Below, in pieces: positions 12,415-23,151 of a stretch of 64,000 nt of DNA. The translations under genes and the position numbers were made by a program. The first letter of the stretch is position 1. Each line of letters opens with the position of its first letter. This DNA comes from Octopus sinensis (taxonomy: Eukaryota), in contig NC_043001.1 of the NCBI RefSeq assembly GCF_006345805.1, positions 75,888,001 through 75,952,000 of the forward strand, given 5' to 3'. Below the pieces are notes generated by a model. That model was not told the DNA's origin. It saw only the letters and a program-made list of their open reading frames with translations, and did no database searches.

Positions 12415-12890
12415 CTAGGCCGTCAGTCGAGTTATACGGAGACGTTTTGAAGCGTTTGAAGGACATTCGGCGAAAGCGACCGGATCTGTGGAACGCGAAG
12501 AATCGGATTCTTCACAACAATGCACCACGTCACCGAGATCTCCTCACTCGTGAGTTTCTTACCAAAAGCATCATGCTATCCCTCCTGCACCCAGCCTATT
12601 CGTCAAATTTAGCACTTGCCGACATTCACTCCCAAGATGAACATGCAGCTCAAAGGTCGCCGTTTTAACTCCGTTGTCGAGATCCAGAGCGAATTGCAGA
12701 AGGTCCGTGACTCGCTTACTGAAAACGGCTTCCAGGCTGAATTCCAAAAGAGGCAGGAACGCTGGGACGGGTGTATTGCTGCGCAAAGTTACTATTTCGA
12801 AGGATATTATGTTAGAACTTAGCTAAATAAGTTATTTTTTTTATCAAACATAACATAACTAGTCCTGGAACTTTTTGGATACCACCTCAT
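12415..12890 (+). mobile_element. mariner transposon 3' fragment with right TIR
   Basis: LKRLKDIRRKRPDLW...ILHNNAPRH...LLHPAYSSNLALAD, then KMNMQLKGRRFNSVVEIQ...ERWDGCIAAQSYYFEG; TIR-like gtcctggaactttttggataccacctc at about 12862-12888. Confidence 0.9.
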
Positions 12891-13561
12891 TCATTCATAC
12901 ACATATACATACATACATACTTACATACATACATACGTATGTACATGCACACATAGCAATTTATACATACATATATATATACATGCACACGCGCCTACGT
13001 ACATATATGTGTATCTATGTAAAAATAGTGTTCTTAAAAAGTTAATTAAGCTAATATTTTCTAAATCTAAATATTTTATTTCAAATTTTATCCTTAGCTG
13101 CAATATTTTAAGTCTTCTTGTTCTTTACTTTACCAGATGTAATAAGTTGTTCTGAACTCTTCCGGGTGTAATAACTTATCCTGTAATTTTCCATCTTAAG
13201 AATATTCTCTTGCTCGCATTTTTCCATGTAATAACAATATTTTTTATCATATTTGATGTTGACATTCGTTTTGCTTTTTTTTTTACTTCTATCATTAGCG
13301 ATATAGGTACTGATGTAGTACTCTTGTATATATGTGTATATATCTAATATTGTATGTATATATTTTATTAATTTGCCAGTACGGTTACCACTTGTGATGG
13401 TATTCGCTTACCACTGGTGATGGTATTTTACTAATACCATCCCTATATTTATTTATAAATAATTTTACACATTTCGTTTGTTACTACAGTGCTTGGTCAC
13501 TTCAAATGAACTTTTGCAGGCATGATGCGGGAGAATGTTAATAGTAATTTAGCTGGCGGAC

Positions 13562-13619
13562 TTTGGCTGATGAGAAATCAGGCACCTATTTGGCGCTAAA
13601 TTTCGAAACCGGTACCAGG
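13562..13619 (+). ncRNA. Type I hammerhead ribozyme, intact core
   Basis: tttgg CTGATGA GAAAT...ATTTC GAAA CCGGTA ccagg: stem I 5 bp (two G-U), stem II 5 bp plus extension, palindromic stem III ACCGGT, predicted cleavage after 13614 (GUA). Confidence 0.85.
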
Positions 13620-13653
13620 TTGACCAGCATTTACTTGTTCTGACCCATTTGAG

Positions 13654-13705
13654 GTAAGAAATTACTATTATTCACTGATATTTTTTCCTATCTTGTCTGT
13701 AATAG
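13654..13705 (+). other. Putative 52-nt spliceosomal intron inside the hammerhead unit
   Basis: GAG|GTAAGA donor, branch-like CTGAT, ttttttcctatcttgtct polypyrimidine tract and TAG acceptor. Confidence 0.45.
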
Positions 13706-13850
13706 ATTTGTGACTATTCGGTGGTACAGAAGTATTTTTTGACTTCTATCTTTAGCGATATAGGTACTCATGTAGTACCCTTGTATATATATATATATAT
13801 ATATAATATGTTACAGATATATATATATAATATGTTACAGATATATATAT

Positions 13851-13885
<35 letters not shown>

Positions 13886-14949
13886 GCTTCAAACAGAACT
13901 AGACATGTTTCTACTGCATCGATTTGTTACCCTTGCAACTGCAACCTTACTATAATACCGGTGGTGCAGGCGCAATGGCACAGTGGTTAGGGCAGCGGAC
14001 TCGCGGTCGTAGGATCGCGGTTTCGATTCTCAGACCGAGCATTGTGAGTGTTTATTGAGCGAAGCACCTAAAGCTCCAAGGGGCTCCGGCAAGGGTGCTG
14101 GTGAACCCTGCTATACTCTTTCATCACTACTTTCTCTCACTTTTCCTTCCTGTTTCTGTTGTACCTGTATTTCAAAGGGCCAGCCTTTTCATATTTTGTG
14201 TCACGCTGAATCTCCCCTAGAACTACGTTAAGGATACACATGTCTGTGGAGTGCTCAACTATCTGCACGTTAATAAATGAGTTACGACGTCACTGGTGCC
14301 AAGCTGTATCGGCCTTTACCTTTCCCTTGGATAACATCGGTGGCGTGGAGAAGGGAGGTTGGTATGCATGGGCGACTGCTGGTCTTCCATAAACAACCTT
14401 GCCCAGACTTGTGCCTGGGAGGGTAACTTTCTAGGTGCAATCCCATGGTCATTCATGACCGAAGGGGGTCAAATCAATAATACCAGTGCAGTTTCTTCAG
14501 GGATATATACATGGATATATACTTACGCAAAAACACACAGACATGATATACATACATGCATACATACATATATATGTATGTGTGTGTGTATATGTGTGTG
14601 CGTGTGCGTGTGTGCGTGTGTCTGTGTGTGTATGTATGTATATATATATATATTAATATATATCTACACGACGGGCTTCTTTCAATTTCCGTGTAACAAA
14701 TATGTATGAATTTATGTATGCATGTAGTATGTATATATGTATGTATGCATACCTGTATTTATGTGTATATATATATATTTACATATATATTTATATATGT
14801 ATGCCATAATTTGTTTGTGTGTTTATGTGTAAGTATATTTCCATGTGTGTCTTTATTTGCATTTGGTTCACAACAACCGCTTGACAACCGGTGCTGGTTT
14901 GTTTACGTCCCGTATATATACATATATATATATACATATATATATATAT

Positions 14950-15001
<52 letters not shown>

Positions 15002-16049
15002 CTTCAAACAGAACTAGACATGTTTCTACTGCATCGATTTGTTACCCTTGCAACTGCAACCTTACTATAATACCGGTGGTGCAGGCGCAATGGCACAGTG
15101 GTTAGGGCAGCGGACTCGCGGTCGTAGGATCGCGGTTTCGATTCTCAGACCGAGCATTGTGAGTGTTTATTGAGCGAAGCACCTAAAGCTCCAAGGGGCT
15201 CCGGCAAGGGTGCTGGTGAACCCTGCTATACTCTTTCATCACTACTTTCTCTCACTTTTCCTTCCTGTTTCTGTTGTACTGTATTTCAAAGGGCCAGCCT
15301 TTTCATATTTTGTGTCACGCTGAATCTCCCCTAGAACTACGTTAAGGATACACATGTCTGTGGAGTGCTCAACTATCTGCACGTTAATAAATGAGTTACG
15401 ACGTCACTGGTGCCAAGCTGTATCGGCCTTTACCTTCCCTTGGATAACATCGGTGGCGTGGAGAAGGGAGGTTGGTATGCATGGGCGACTGCTGGTCTTC
15501 CATAAACAACCTTGCCCAGACTTGTGCCTGGGAGGGTAACTTTCTAGGTGCAATCCCATGGTCATTCATGACCGAAGGGGGTCAAATCAATAATACCAGT
15601 GCAGTTTCTTCAGGGATATATACATGGATATATACTTACGCAAAAACACACAGACATGATATACATACATGCATACATACATATATATGTATGTGTGTGT
15701 GTATATGTGTGTGCGTGTGCGTGTGTGCGTGTGTCTGTGTGTGTATGTATGTATATATATATATATTAATATATATCTACACGACGGGCTTCTTTCAATT
15801 TCCGTGTAACAAATATGTATGAATTTATGTATGCATGTAGTATGTATATATGTATGTATGCATACCTGTATTTATGTGTATATATATATATTTACATATA
15901 TATTTATATATGTATGCCATAATTTGTTTGTGTGTTTATGTGTAAGTATATTTCCATGTGTGTCTTTATTTGCATTTGGTTCACAACAACCGCTTGACAA
16001 CCGGTGCTGGTTTGTTTACGTCCCGTATATATACATATATATATATACA

Positions 16050-16055
<6 letters not shown>
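13886..16055. repeat. Near-identical ~1113-bp tandem duplication containing chimeric SINEs
   Basis: gcttcaaacagaactagac at 13886 and 15001; identical ORFs at 14359 and 15472; visible differences are mostly 1-nt indels; bounded by (TA)n. Confidence 0.95.
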
Positions 16056-16125
<70 letters not shown>

Positions 16126-16159
16126 GTGTATGCATATATATATATATGTGTGTGAGTGT

Positions 16160-16985
16160 GTTTGTCCCCGCCATCGCTTGACAATCGATGCTAGTCTGTT
16201 TACGTCCCCGTAGCCTAGCGGTTCGGCAAAGGAGGCTGATAGTATAAATACTAGTCTTACAACGAATAAGACCTGGGGTCGATTCCTTCGACTATAATCC
16301 TTTAATACGGTGCTCCAGCATGGCCGCAATCAAATGACTGTAACAAATAAAAGAATTAAAGATTAAATAATATATATCTGTGTGTCTTTGTTTCTGTGCT
16401 TGTCCCCCACCACCGCTTGACAAGCAGTGTCGTTGTGTCATTACGTTCCCGTAATGTAGAAGTTCGGCCAAATGTGAACGGTAGAATAAGCACCAGGCTT
16501 AAAAGATAAATCCTGGGCTCGATTAGTTCGACTAAAACCTTCCAAGGCAGTGCCCCAGCATGGCCGCAATCAAATGACTGAAGCAAGTAAAAGATAAAAG
16601 ATAAAGATACCCGTTCAATACTGTGTTCTATAATTAGTTCTGATTCCACTTAGATTGAATCATCTACGTTCACCAACCGTTGGAGTTATCCAAATGCTAC
16701 ATCTCAATATATATGTGTCTATGTGTGTCTTTTTCTCATTATTTTTCTTGCTCAAATTACCACATATTTGTCTCTATCTTTTACTTGTTCCAGTCATTAG
16801 ACTGTGGCCATGCTTATGCGCCGTCCTGAACGGTTTAATCGCTCGGATCTCCACGCATCCCACCAACACTTAGTGCTTAAACCTGTTACTTATTCTCTCA
16901 GTCGCTTTTGCTTAACTACTAAGTTACGGGCACTTAAACAAACCAACACCAGTTGTCAAACAGTGATGGAGAATAAACACAGACG
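16160..16985. mobile_element. Three copies of the composite-SINE 3' module (16160-16360 +, 16390-16610 +, 16780-16985 -)
   Basis: Shared cgcttgacaa..gatgct...cggttcggcaaa...gtgctccagcatggccgcaatcaaatgactg and TAAAAGA tails. Confidence 0.8.
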
Positions 16986-17007
16986 CAGCACATACCTACA
17001 CAAACAG

Positions 17008-17039
<32 letters not shown>

Positions 17040-17382
17040 TCACTCACACACACACACACACACACACATACACACACACACGCGCGCGCGCGCACGTATA
17101 TTTATATATACGTGTGTGTGAATAGAGCGATCGACAGACAGACAGATTTAACACTTTATTTGATACCAAAATCCTGTCAACGGGGATTTCAGTCGTATGC
17201 ATCTATGTGTTTGTGTGTAGGTATGTTACCTTGTTAATGCTTGAAATTCCTTGAGACACGGAATGTATTTGAATTTGAAGAGTTAAGGATGATTCCGCAA
17301 ATGTAATGTTTGAGAAAAACCAATGTAGCAGGTCATGGGATGACAAAGGGAATTAATTTGAAAATTTAGCTATATATTTTCA

Positions 17383-17767
17383 CTAGCAGTATCACCTGGC
17401 GTTGCTCAGATTTGTTTCGACCCTTTAGAATTGGAATTTTTGAAAAGTAAAAATTTTGCATTATGTAACTTGTTATTCTCTTTAAGTGAACATTTTTCTG
17501 GTTGAAATACACCGAAAAATGGCGACACAACAGTCAAAAAATCGTAAAAAATAGGGATTTTCATAGAAAAAAAGCACCATTTTTATGTAAATAATATTTG
17601 GTGTCAACATGGTCCGATTTGAATTTTTCTTCTACGGAAGGAAGAGCATGCCTTCTATCATACTCTCAACTTTGGTCAACTTGCGCAGCAGAGTCTCAGA
17701 GATAGTGTTAGTTGAAGGCTACCAATCCTGCTATACACAGACAACTTCAGCTTTATATATAGAGAGA
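17383..17767 (-). mobile_element. Non-autonomous Helitron
   Basis: Minus strand begins TCTCTCTATATATAAAG and ends ctgagcaacgccaggtgatactgCTAG. It has a 3' hairpin and sits between host A and T. Confidence 0.85.
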
Positions 17768-18123
17768 TTAAGTTTGTCCATGCAGTGTATAAATCCTTTC
17801 TAGTTGACTAAATACCATTCAATGTCTTCACAATCGACATAGTTGAAAGTGAAATGTAGATTTCTTTACGTATCTACTATCCAACATGAATTCCAGCGCA
17901 CGGTCAGATTGAATTCCACGTAACAACATCAATTGCAAACATTTTGGCGATGTTTCTGTTCTGAACTGATTCCAGTCTCTAATTATTTATATTCTTGGCG
18001 ACAAGAATGTTTTTTTCCATTCCTCTGATGTTCTGTAAAACCGCATGTGGTATGATTATACAATCGCTCTTGCAATGTATGTATACATATATGTGTGTGT
18101 GTATGTGAGTGTGTGTGTGTATG

Positions 18124-18156
<33 letters not shown>

Positions 18157-18159
18157 ATG

Positions 18160-18340
18160 GAGGCGCAATGCCCCAGTAGCCAGGGAGGCGGATTCGCGGT
18201 TTCAATTCCTAGACCGGGTGGAGTGTGTTTATTGAGCGAAAACACCTAAACCTCCACGGGGCTCTGACAGGGGGTGGTGGCTATCCCTGTTGTACTCCTT
18301 CGTCCCAACATTCTCTCACTCTCTCTTCCTGTTTCATGAA
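18160..18340 (+). mobile_element. tRNA-derived SINE head (same family as about 13968-14270)
   Basis: ggcgcaatgccccagtagccagggaggcggattcgcggtttcaattcctagaccggg...ttattgagcgaaaacacctaaa. Confidence 0.75.
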
Positions 18341-18341
18341 G

Positions 18342-19100
18342 GCTAAAATTTTTTTCGGGAAAAAAATTTTATCAATGGCCAGCATATCAAAAAATACCTT
18401 TAAAGGTTAAATTTATAAATAATTTACAAGATAAGGACAAAAGAAAAATTCTAATGCCAAATATGCCGAAAAAAAAGACAAAAATTGTCAATAACCATTA
18501 TAATTTATGCGTCTCGAAACAAACCGATAGAAATTTCTTTAAAATCCGTTATTACCGTATTGGTTCAATTTCAGGGTTAATTCATAAGAATTTTCCCCTC
18601 TTCAGCGATAAATACGAGGGATATAAGTGAAATACTTACCCATACCCATGGAAAAAGCATGCACTAAGTCCAGAGCAGACCTAAGTACCCCAAATATATC
18701 CAAAATAGAAAATATTCGGCACATCTCGAGAAACGTGTGATTCGAACTAGAAACTTTCACAGAGTGAGAGAATCCGGAAGTGAACACTATTCAATTTATA
18801 ACTAATGAAGGACAACATTTTTTTCCCGAAAAAAAATTTTATCAATGGCCAGCATATCAAAAAAATACCTTTAAAGGTTAAATTTATAAATAATTTACAA
18901 GATAAGGGCAAAAGAAAAATTCTAATGCCAAATATGCCGAAAAAAAGACAAAAATTGTCAATAACCATTATAATTTATGCGTCTCGAAACAAACTGATAG
19001 AAATTTCTAAAAAATCTGTTATTACCGTATTGACAATTTTTGTCTTTTTTTTCGGCATATTTGGCATTAGAATTTTTCTTTTGCCCTTATCTTGTAAATT
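18342..19100 (-). mobile_element. Hammerhead-bearing ~1.45-mer unit (470-nt monomer) with terminal inverted duplication
   Basis: Direct repeat about 18342-18562/18817-19032; hammerhead at 18552-18611; perfect ~72-bp IR 18892-18963/19028-19100. Confidence 0.85.
18552..18611 (-). ncRNA. Type I hammerhead ribozyme, intact core, can fold as a monomer
   Basis: Minus strand: ttatcg CTGAAGA GGGG aaAATTC ttat GAATT aa CCCT GAAA TTG aac CAA TA cggtaa. Stem I is 6 bp; predicted cleavage is between 18558 and 18557. Confidence 0.85.
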
Positions 19101-19143
19101 ATATATATACATATATATGCAAATAGATAGATAGATATACGTA

Positions 19144-19214
<71 letters not shown>

Positions 19215-19656
19215 TATATATCGTCGCTTCCATTAGTATATAAATGTATTTGTATACGAAACGTCGTAACTTTCAGTGTTGGCTCTGAATTCGATGGAAA
19301 ATCTGTTGAGATAAACTTAAAAATGGGATCATCGCACCGCTAACTCGAAAGTAAGGAACAACATTGACTTGTAAATCTTTAATATAATTGGTAGTATAAT
19401 ATGGTTACGAAGCGAAACACTGTGCTTCCTAGCATTTAATAATTGCGTACCATCTGCCAGGAAACTTATCTTATGAATAAGTACTTCAATATATTTTCAG
19501 CTAACGTTTAATCCGAAAGCAGTTAGTGAAAAGTTATTTTTTTCTAGTTTGATGTCTGAATATATGGATCAAAATTATTTTCCCCCTTATGCTAAAATTA
19601 CTCAAAAAATGTTTATGCATATAACAAATTTGCTGTGAGGTAAGAAACTTTCGTTG

Positions 19657-21075
19657 TCAGTGTTGTGCGTACCACGCGAGTTTGAAGCTGGTGAAATTGT
19701 GGTTAAAAAAGAAGCTCAACTGTAAGGTAAGATTTTTGTATTTTTGGTCCAGTGGAGGTTTGTTGTTTTCCGTAATAATTTTTTTACAAACAAGAAGTCC
19801 TTACTGGATTCTGAATTCTTATCTGCCTGCAGTTGAGTGAATAGTTTTTCTCACTTAATTGGGAGAATTGTTCGAGCGTATCTCGCTTCCAAAAGTTTGT
19901 TCACTTTTAGTGAATAGTTTTTTTCAAAAATTGTGAGAATTTAAAAGTTACAGCAATTTTTACCAATTTTTGTGAAAGCTGTTTTCCAAGTTGTGGCGTT
20001 CCGGGTTAGAACTGGAGTACCAAGTGGGCCTGGATTACCTAGTTGCTAGATTTTTTGCTTGCTGTGTTTTTTTTTTAACTGTAGACTGTTTCCTTTTCTT
20101 CTTCGATCTTTTATTTGTGACTTTCTTTTTATTGATCTGTTTTCTTTTTTTCCTTTTGTTGATACTTTCTTTTTCTTCCTTCTTTTTTTGAATTTTTATC
20201 GTGAACTGTGTTTGAAATTTCTGTTTAAAAAAACATGGCAAAGAACAAAGACAATGTTTTAGAGTAGGAAATTGTCCCACCCAAACATTGGTTGAAAGGC
20301 TGTGAAGAGAGGACGGTAGTGTCGCTCGGCACCATCGCTCTATTTCAAAAGAATGTTATCGAAAGGGAGTTGGCAGAATATCTACCAACTATTAAATTCA
20401 TCTCCAGCGGGGTCAAATATACAACGGTGTGGTTGCTATTTGACACCCCTGCGGAGGCTCTCAAATTTGCGAGCCAGCCCTTGTAGGGTAGAGAGATTTT
20501 GTTTCTTCCCATGTATTGTGAGAGGAAGTTTACGAGGGCTTGGATCTGTGGGTTGCAACCCGGAAAAGAATCCGAGTGGATAGAGGACATTATCCGCCGG
20601 GATCTGAGTGACAGTGTAGCTAAGCTCCTCAATGTAAAAATTTTACCTGCGGTTGATTGGGTGGGGTCAAAAGCGGTTTTGAACCTGTGGACCCAATCAG
20701 CCAAAAATCTGATATTTCTAGATTTTTTGAAAATGGCCGGGTGCAGGTACCCGGTGATTCTTCAAGGTCACCCCTACCAGATGTCATCGGTGCCTGGAAC
20801 CTGGCTATATAAAGAAAAACTGTCCCCAGGAACAAAGTAAGGTCCTGGAGCAGTTGGTTGAGACCTCTGTAGAAGAGGGAACGAAGGTGGTCGAGAAGGC
20901 GGAGAACTCCTCAAAGAAGAGCCGCAAGAGGAAGAAAGAGAGCAACAATGGGTGCTCACCGAAGGATCCTAGGGATCAGGGAGGGGAGGCGAATCTACCG
21001 GTCACTAAGGAGACGCCCACCCTCTGTTGAGAAGAAAATAAGAGGAAGAAAAACGGGACATTGCCGGCAGTCGGT
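19657..21075 (+). mobile_element. L1/Tx1-type ORF1 (gag-like) retroelement, decayed and 3'-truncated (copy 1)
   Basis: ATG at 20235 (MAKNKDNVLE*EIVPPKHWLKGCEERTVV...ELAEYLPTIKF); knuckle CHRCLEPGYIKKNC at 20782-20823; 5' UTR and ORF homologous to 34017-36038. Confidence 0.8.
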
Positions 21076-21184
21076 GACATAGTACCGGAATGCTCGAGCA
21101 ATTATTCGTTTCAATTGATTGAAACGAATAAAAGAATGAAAGAATATATGCATATTATTATTATTACTGTTGTTATTATTGTTA

Positions 21185-21340
21185 TCATTATCATTAGCGG
21201 CATTTCGTCTGTTTTTCCTTTCTGAGTTCAAATTCCGCCGAGGTCGAATTTGCCTTTCATCCCTTCGAAGTCGATAAATTAAGTACCAATTGAGTACTGG
21301 AGTCGATGGAATAGACTCATCCCTTCCCGCAAACATTGCT
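21185..21340 (+). mobile_element. tRNA-SINE with Meta-domain-like centre
   Basis: ctgagttcaaattccgccgaggtcgaatttgcctttcatcccttcgaagtcgataaattaagtacc. Confidence 0.85.
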
Positions 21341-21363
21341 ACCCTTTTTACATAATTCGAAAC

Positions 21364-21364
<1 letters not shown>

Positions 21365-21415
<51 letters not shown>

Positions 21416-21890
21416 GTTATTCTTATTATTATTATTGTTGTTGTTGTTGTTTTTGTTGTTGTTATTATTATTATTGTCTTTGCACGGTTTCTATTGCTGG
21501 AGATGTACCACGGTACTAGCTCTTTACTACCAGTAAACTAAGCAACATCATTTATTTTTCGAGCACCATCCGGAGTATTCGAGCGGTTCCACTTGCTGTT
21601 TTCTGCAAGTGCTCCACCCTTATTGCAGCCCCTATTTGTTCCATGTACTTCTCAAGATTTTTGCTCACTGTTCTCAGGGCTCTGAAAATTATTGGTAATG
21701 CTACCACCTTTTTTATCGGACACAACTGCTTAACGTCCCAAGCTAATCTGTCATATCTATCGACTTTTCTTTCTTCCTTATCGCATACTTTGTTGTCAGC
21801 CGGGCATGCTATATCTATGATCTATCATCGTTTGCTTTCTTTCCCAATTAACACTATGTCTGGCTTCCTATTCTCTATCTTCTTCTTATT
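21365..21890 (-). mobile_element. R4-like (RLE-type) LINE 3' end: restriction-like endonuclease, 3' UTR and (AAT/AAC)n tail
   Basis: Minus strand: RKPDIVLIGKES...IIDIACPADNKVCDKEERKVDRYDRLAWDVKQL...EHLQKTASGTARILRMVLEK*. Confidence 0.85.
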
Positions 21891-21924
21891 ATTATTATCA
21901 TTATTTTTGTTTTTATTATTGCAG

Positions 21925-21969
<45 letters not shown>

Positions 21970-21971
<2 letters not shown>

Positions 21972-22290
21972 ATTGCCTCCGCCTTAGTGCAGGCGGAGGT
22001 ATTGTTTACAAACGTGTTTGTTCGTTTGTTTGTCCGTGGACGAGATATCTCAAGAACCACTGGATGGATTCAAATGTTTGGTCTCGAACTGATTAGATTT
22101 TGGAATCAATCCGGTACCGGGCAAGGATTCTGGATTATTTTTCCTTAATTTTTACTTAATTTTTGGGAGCGGTCGGGTTCACTTTTAAGATTCTTGGCTT
22201 GTGAAAGCAGTCGAATTTATTTCAGCCATTCTCATTTTTAAAATCCTCTCTGGCTAATCGTTGAGAGGACGTTGATGTTGCCTTGTTATT
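21970..22290 (+). mobile_element. Helentron-associated (DINE-1/HINE-like) non-autonomous element
   Basis: 5' stem-loop cctccgcc-ttagtgca-ggcggagg, then (GTTT)n-like repeat and gatatctcaagaaccactggatggatt. Confidence 0.6.
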
Positions 22291-22299
22291 ATTATTATT

Positions 22300-22970
22300 A
22301 TTATAATTAGTTGATGAAAACTCTCAGCTTCTTTTGCTAGGTATGATGGAAAGTGTCATCTGTCCACAGCCAGCAGACTAAGGTGACACTTTTTTACTGG
22401 TCATGCTTCAAGTACCCTGCGAAGAATTCTTGCAGTTCCAAGCGGTGCTGATTTTTGTAGGTGTTTCGTTTTTACATTTGTACCAATCTTTTTGAGCCAT
22501 GTAGGTAGTTGAGTGCTGATACTTCCAAGTGAGCCAATTACTTACTATTGATATCATATCTACTCTCTTCATTGACAGAACCTTCGTATTTCCCACTTCA
22601 AATCGTCGTAGTTGTTCACTTTCTCTTCTTTCTCTGATCCTGTTGTCACCTGGATATGCTATGCCGATTATCATGCAAGTTCTTTCTTTTTTACTCACCA
22701 CAAGAATGACCGAATTCCGATGTCTGGTCAGGTTATTGTACTGATTGCAGCCCACAGGATTTTTCGATCTTCGTTCTCAGGGACTCCTTTTGTGGTTTAC
22801 TCATACCGCGTCTTTGCTCAAGTATTTTGTAATCCTATGGTGGTTATTTTGCAATAGTTTTCTAACTGTATAAGGCCTCTACCAGATTCTATACGTTGTA
22901 TATATAACCTCTCAGTGTAATATTTGGGATGGTGCATCCCGTCATTTTTCTTGTTTTTCTGTCTATTTTG
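22300..22970 (-). mobile_element. R4-like LINE 3' fragment (RT C-terminus and RLE, internally deleted)
   Basis: Minus strand with frameshifts: HHPN...ESGRGLIQLE; ENEDRKILW; KKERTCMIIGIAYPGDNRI; KVNNYDDLKWEIRRF; HLQKSAPLGTARILRRVLEA*. Confidence 0.85.
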
Positions 22971-23079
22971 AATAGTTCATTTACTGTCCAGTTAAGGATA
23001 TTGTAGCTCTAACTTATAACTGGGACAACTAGAATGTTGTTACCTATTATCTTGTTTTTCACATTGAGCTTCGTTTTTA

Positions 23080-23114
23080 TTATCATCATCATCATCATCA
23101 TTATTATTATCAAA

Positions 23115-23151
<37 letters not shown>

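Larger units (their letters stand above)
13131..13790 (+). mobile_element. Hammerhead-bearing partial tandem unit (Penelope pLTR or retrozyme-like), ~455-480 bp period
   Basis: Direct repeats 13280-13335/13735-13790 and weaker 13131-13180/13613-13665; contains the hammerhead at 13562-13619. Confidence 0.65.

Noticed and set aside
13520-13653. Possible coding exon between ttttgcag and gtaaga
   Set aside because: All three frames contain stops; the region is the hammerhead unit.
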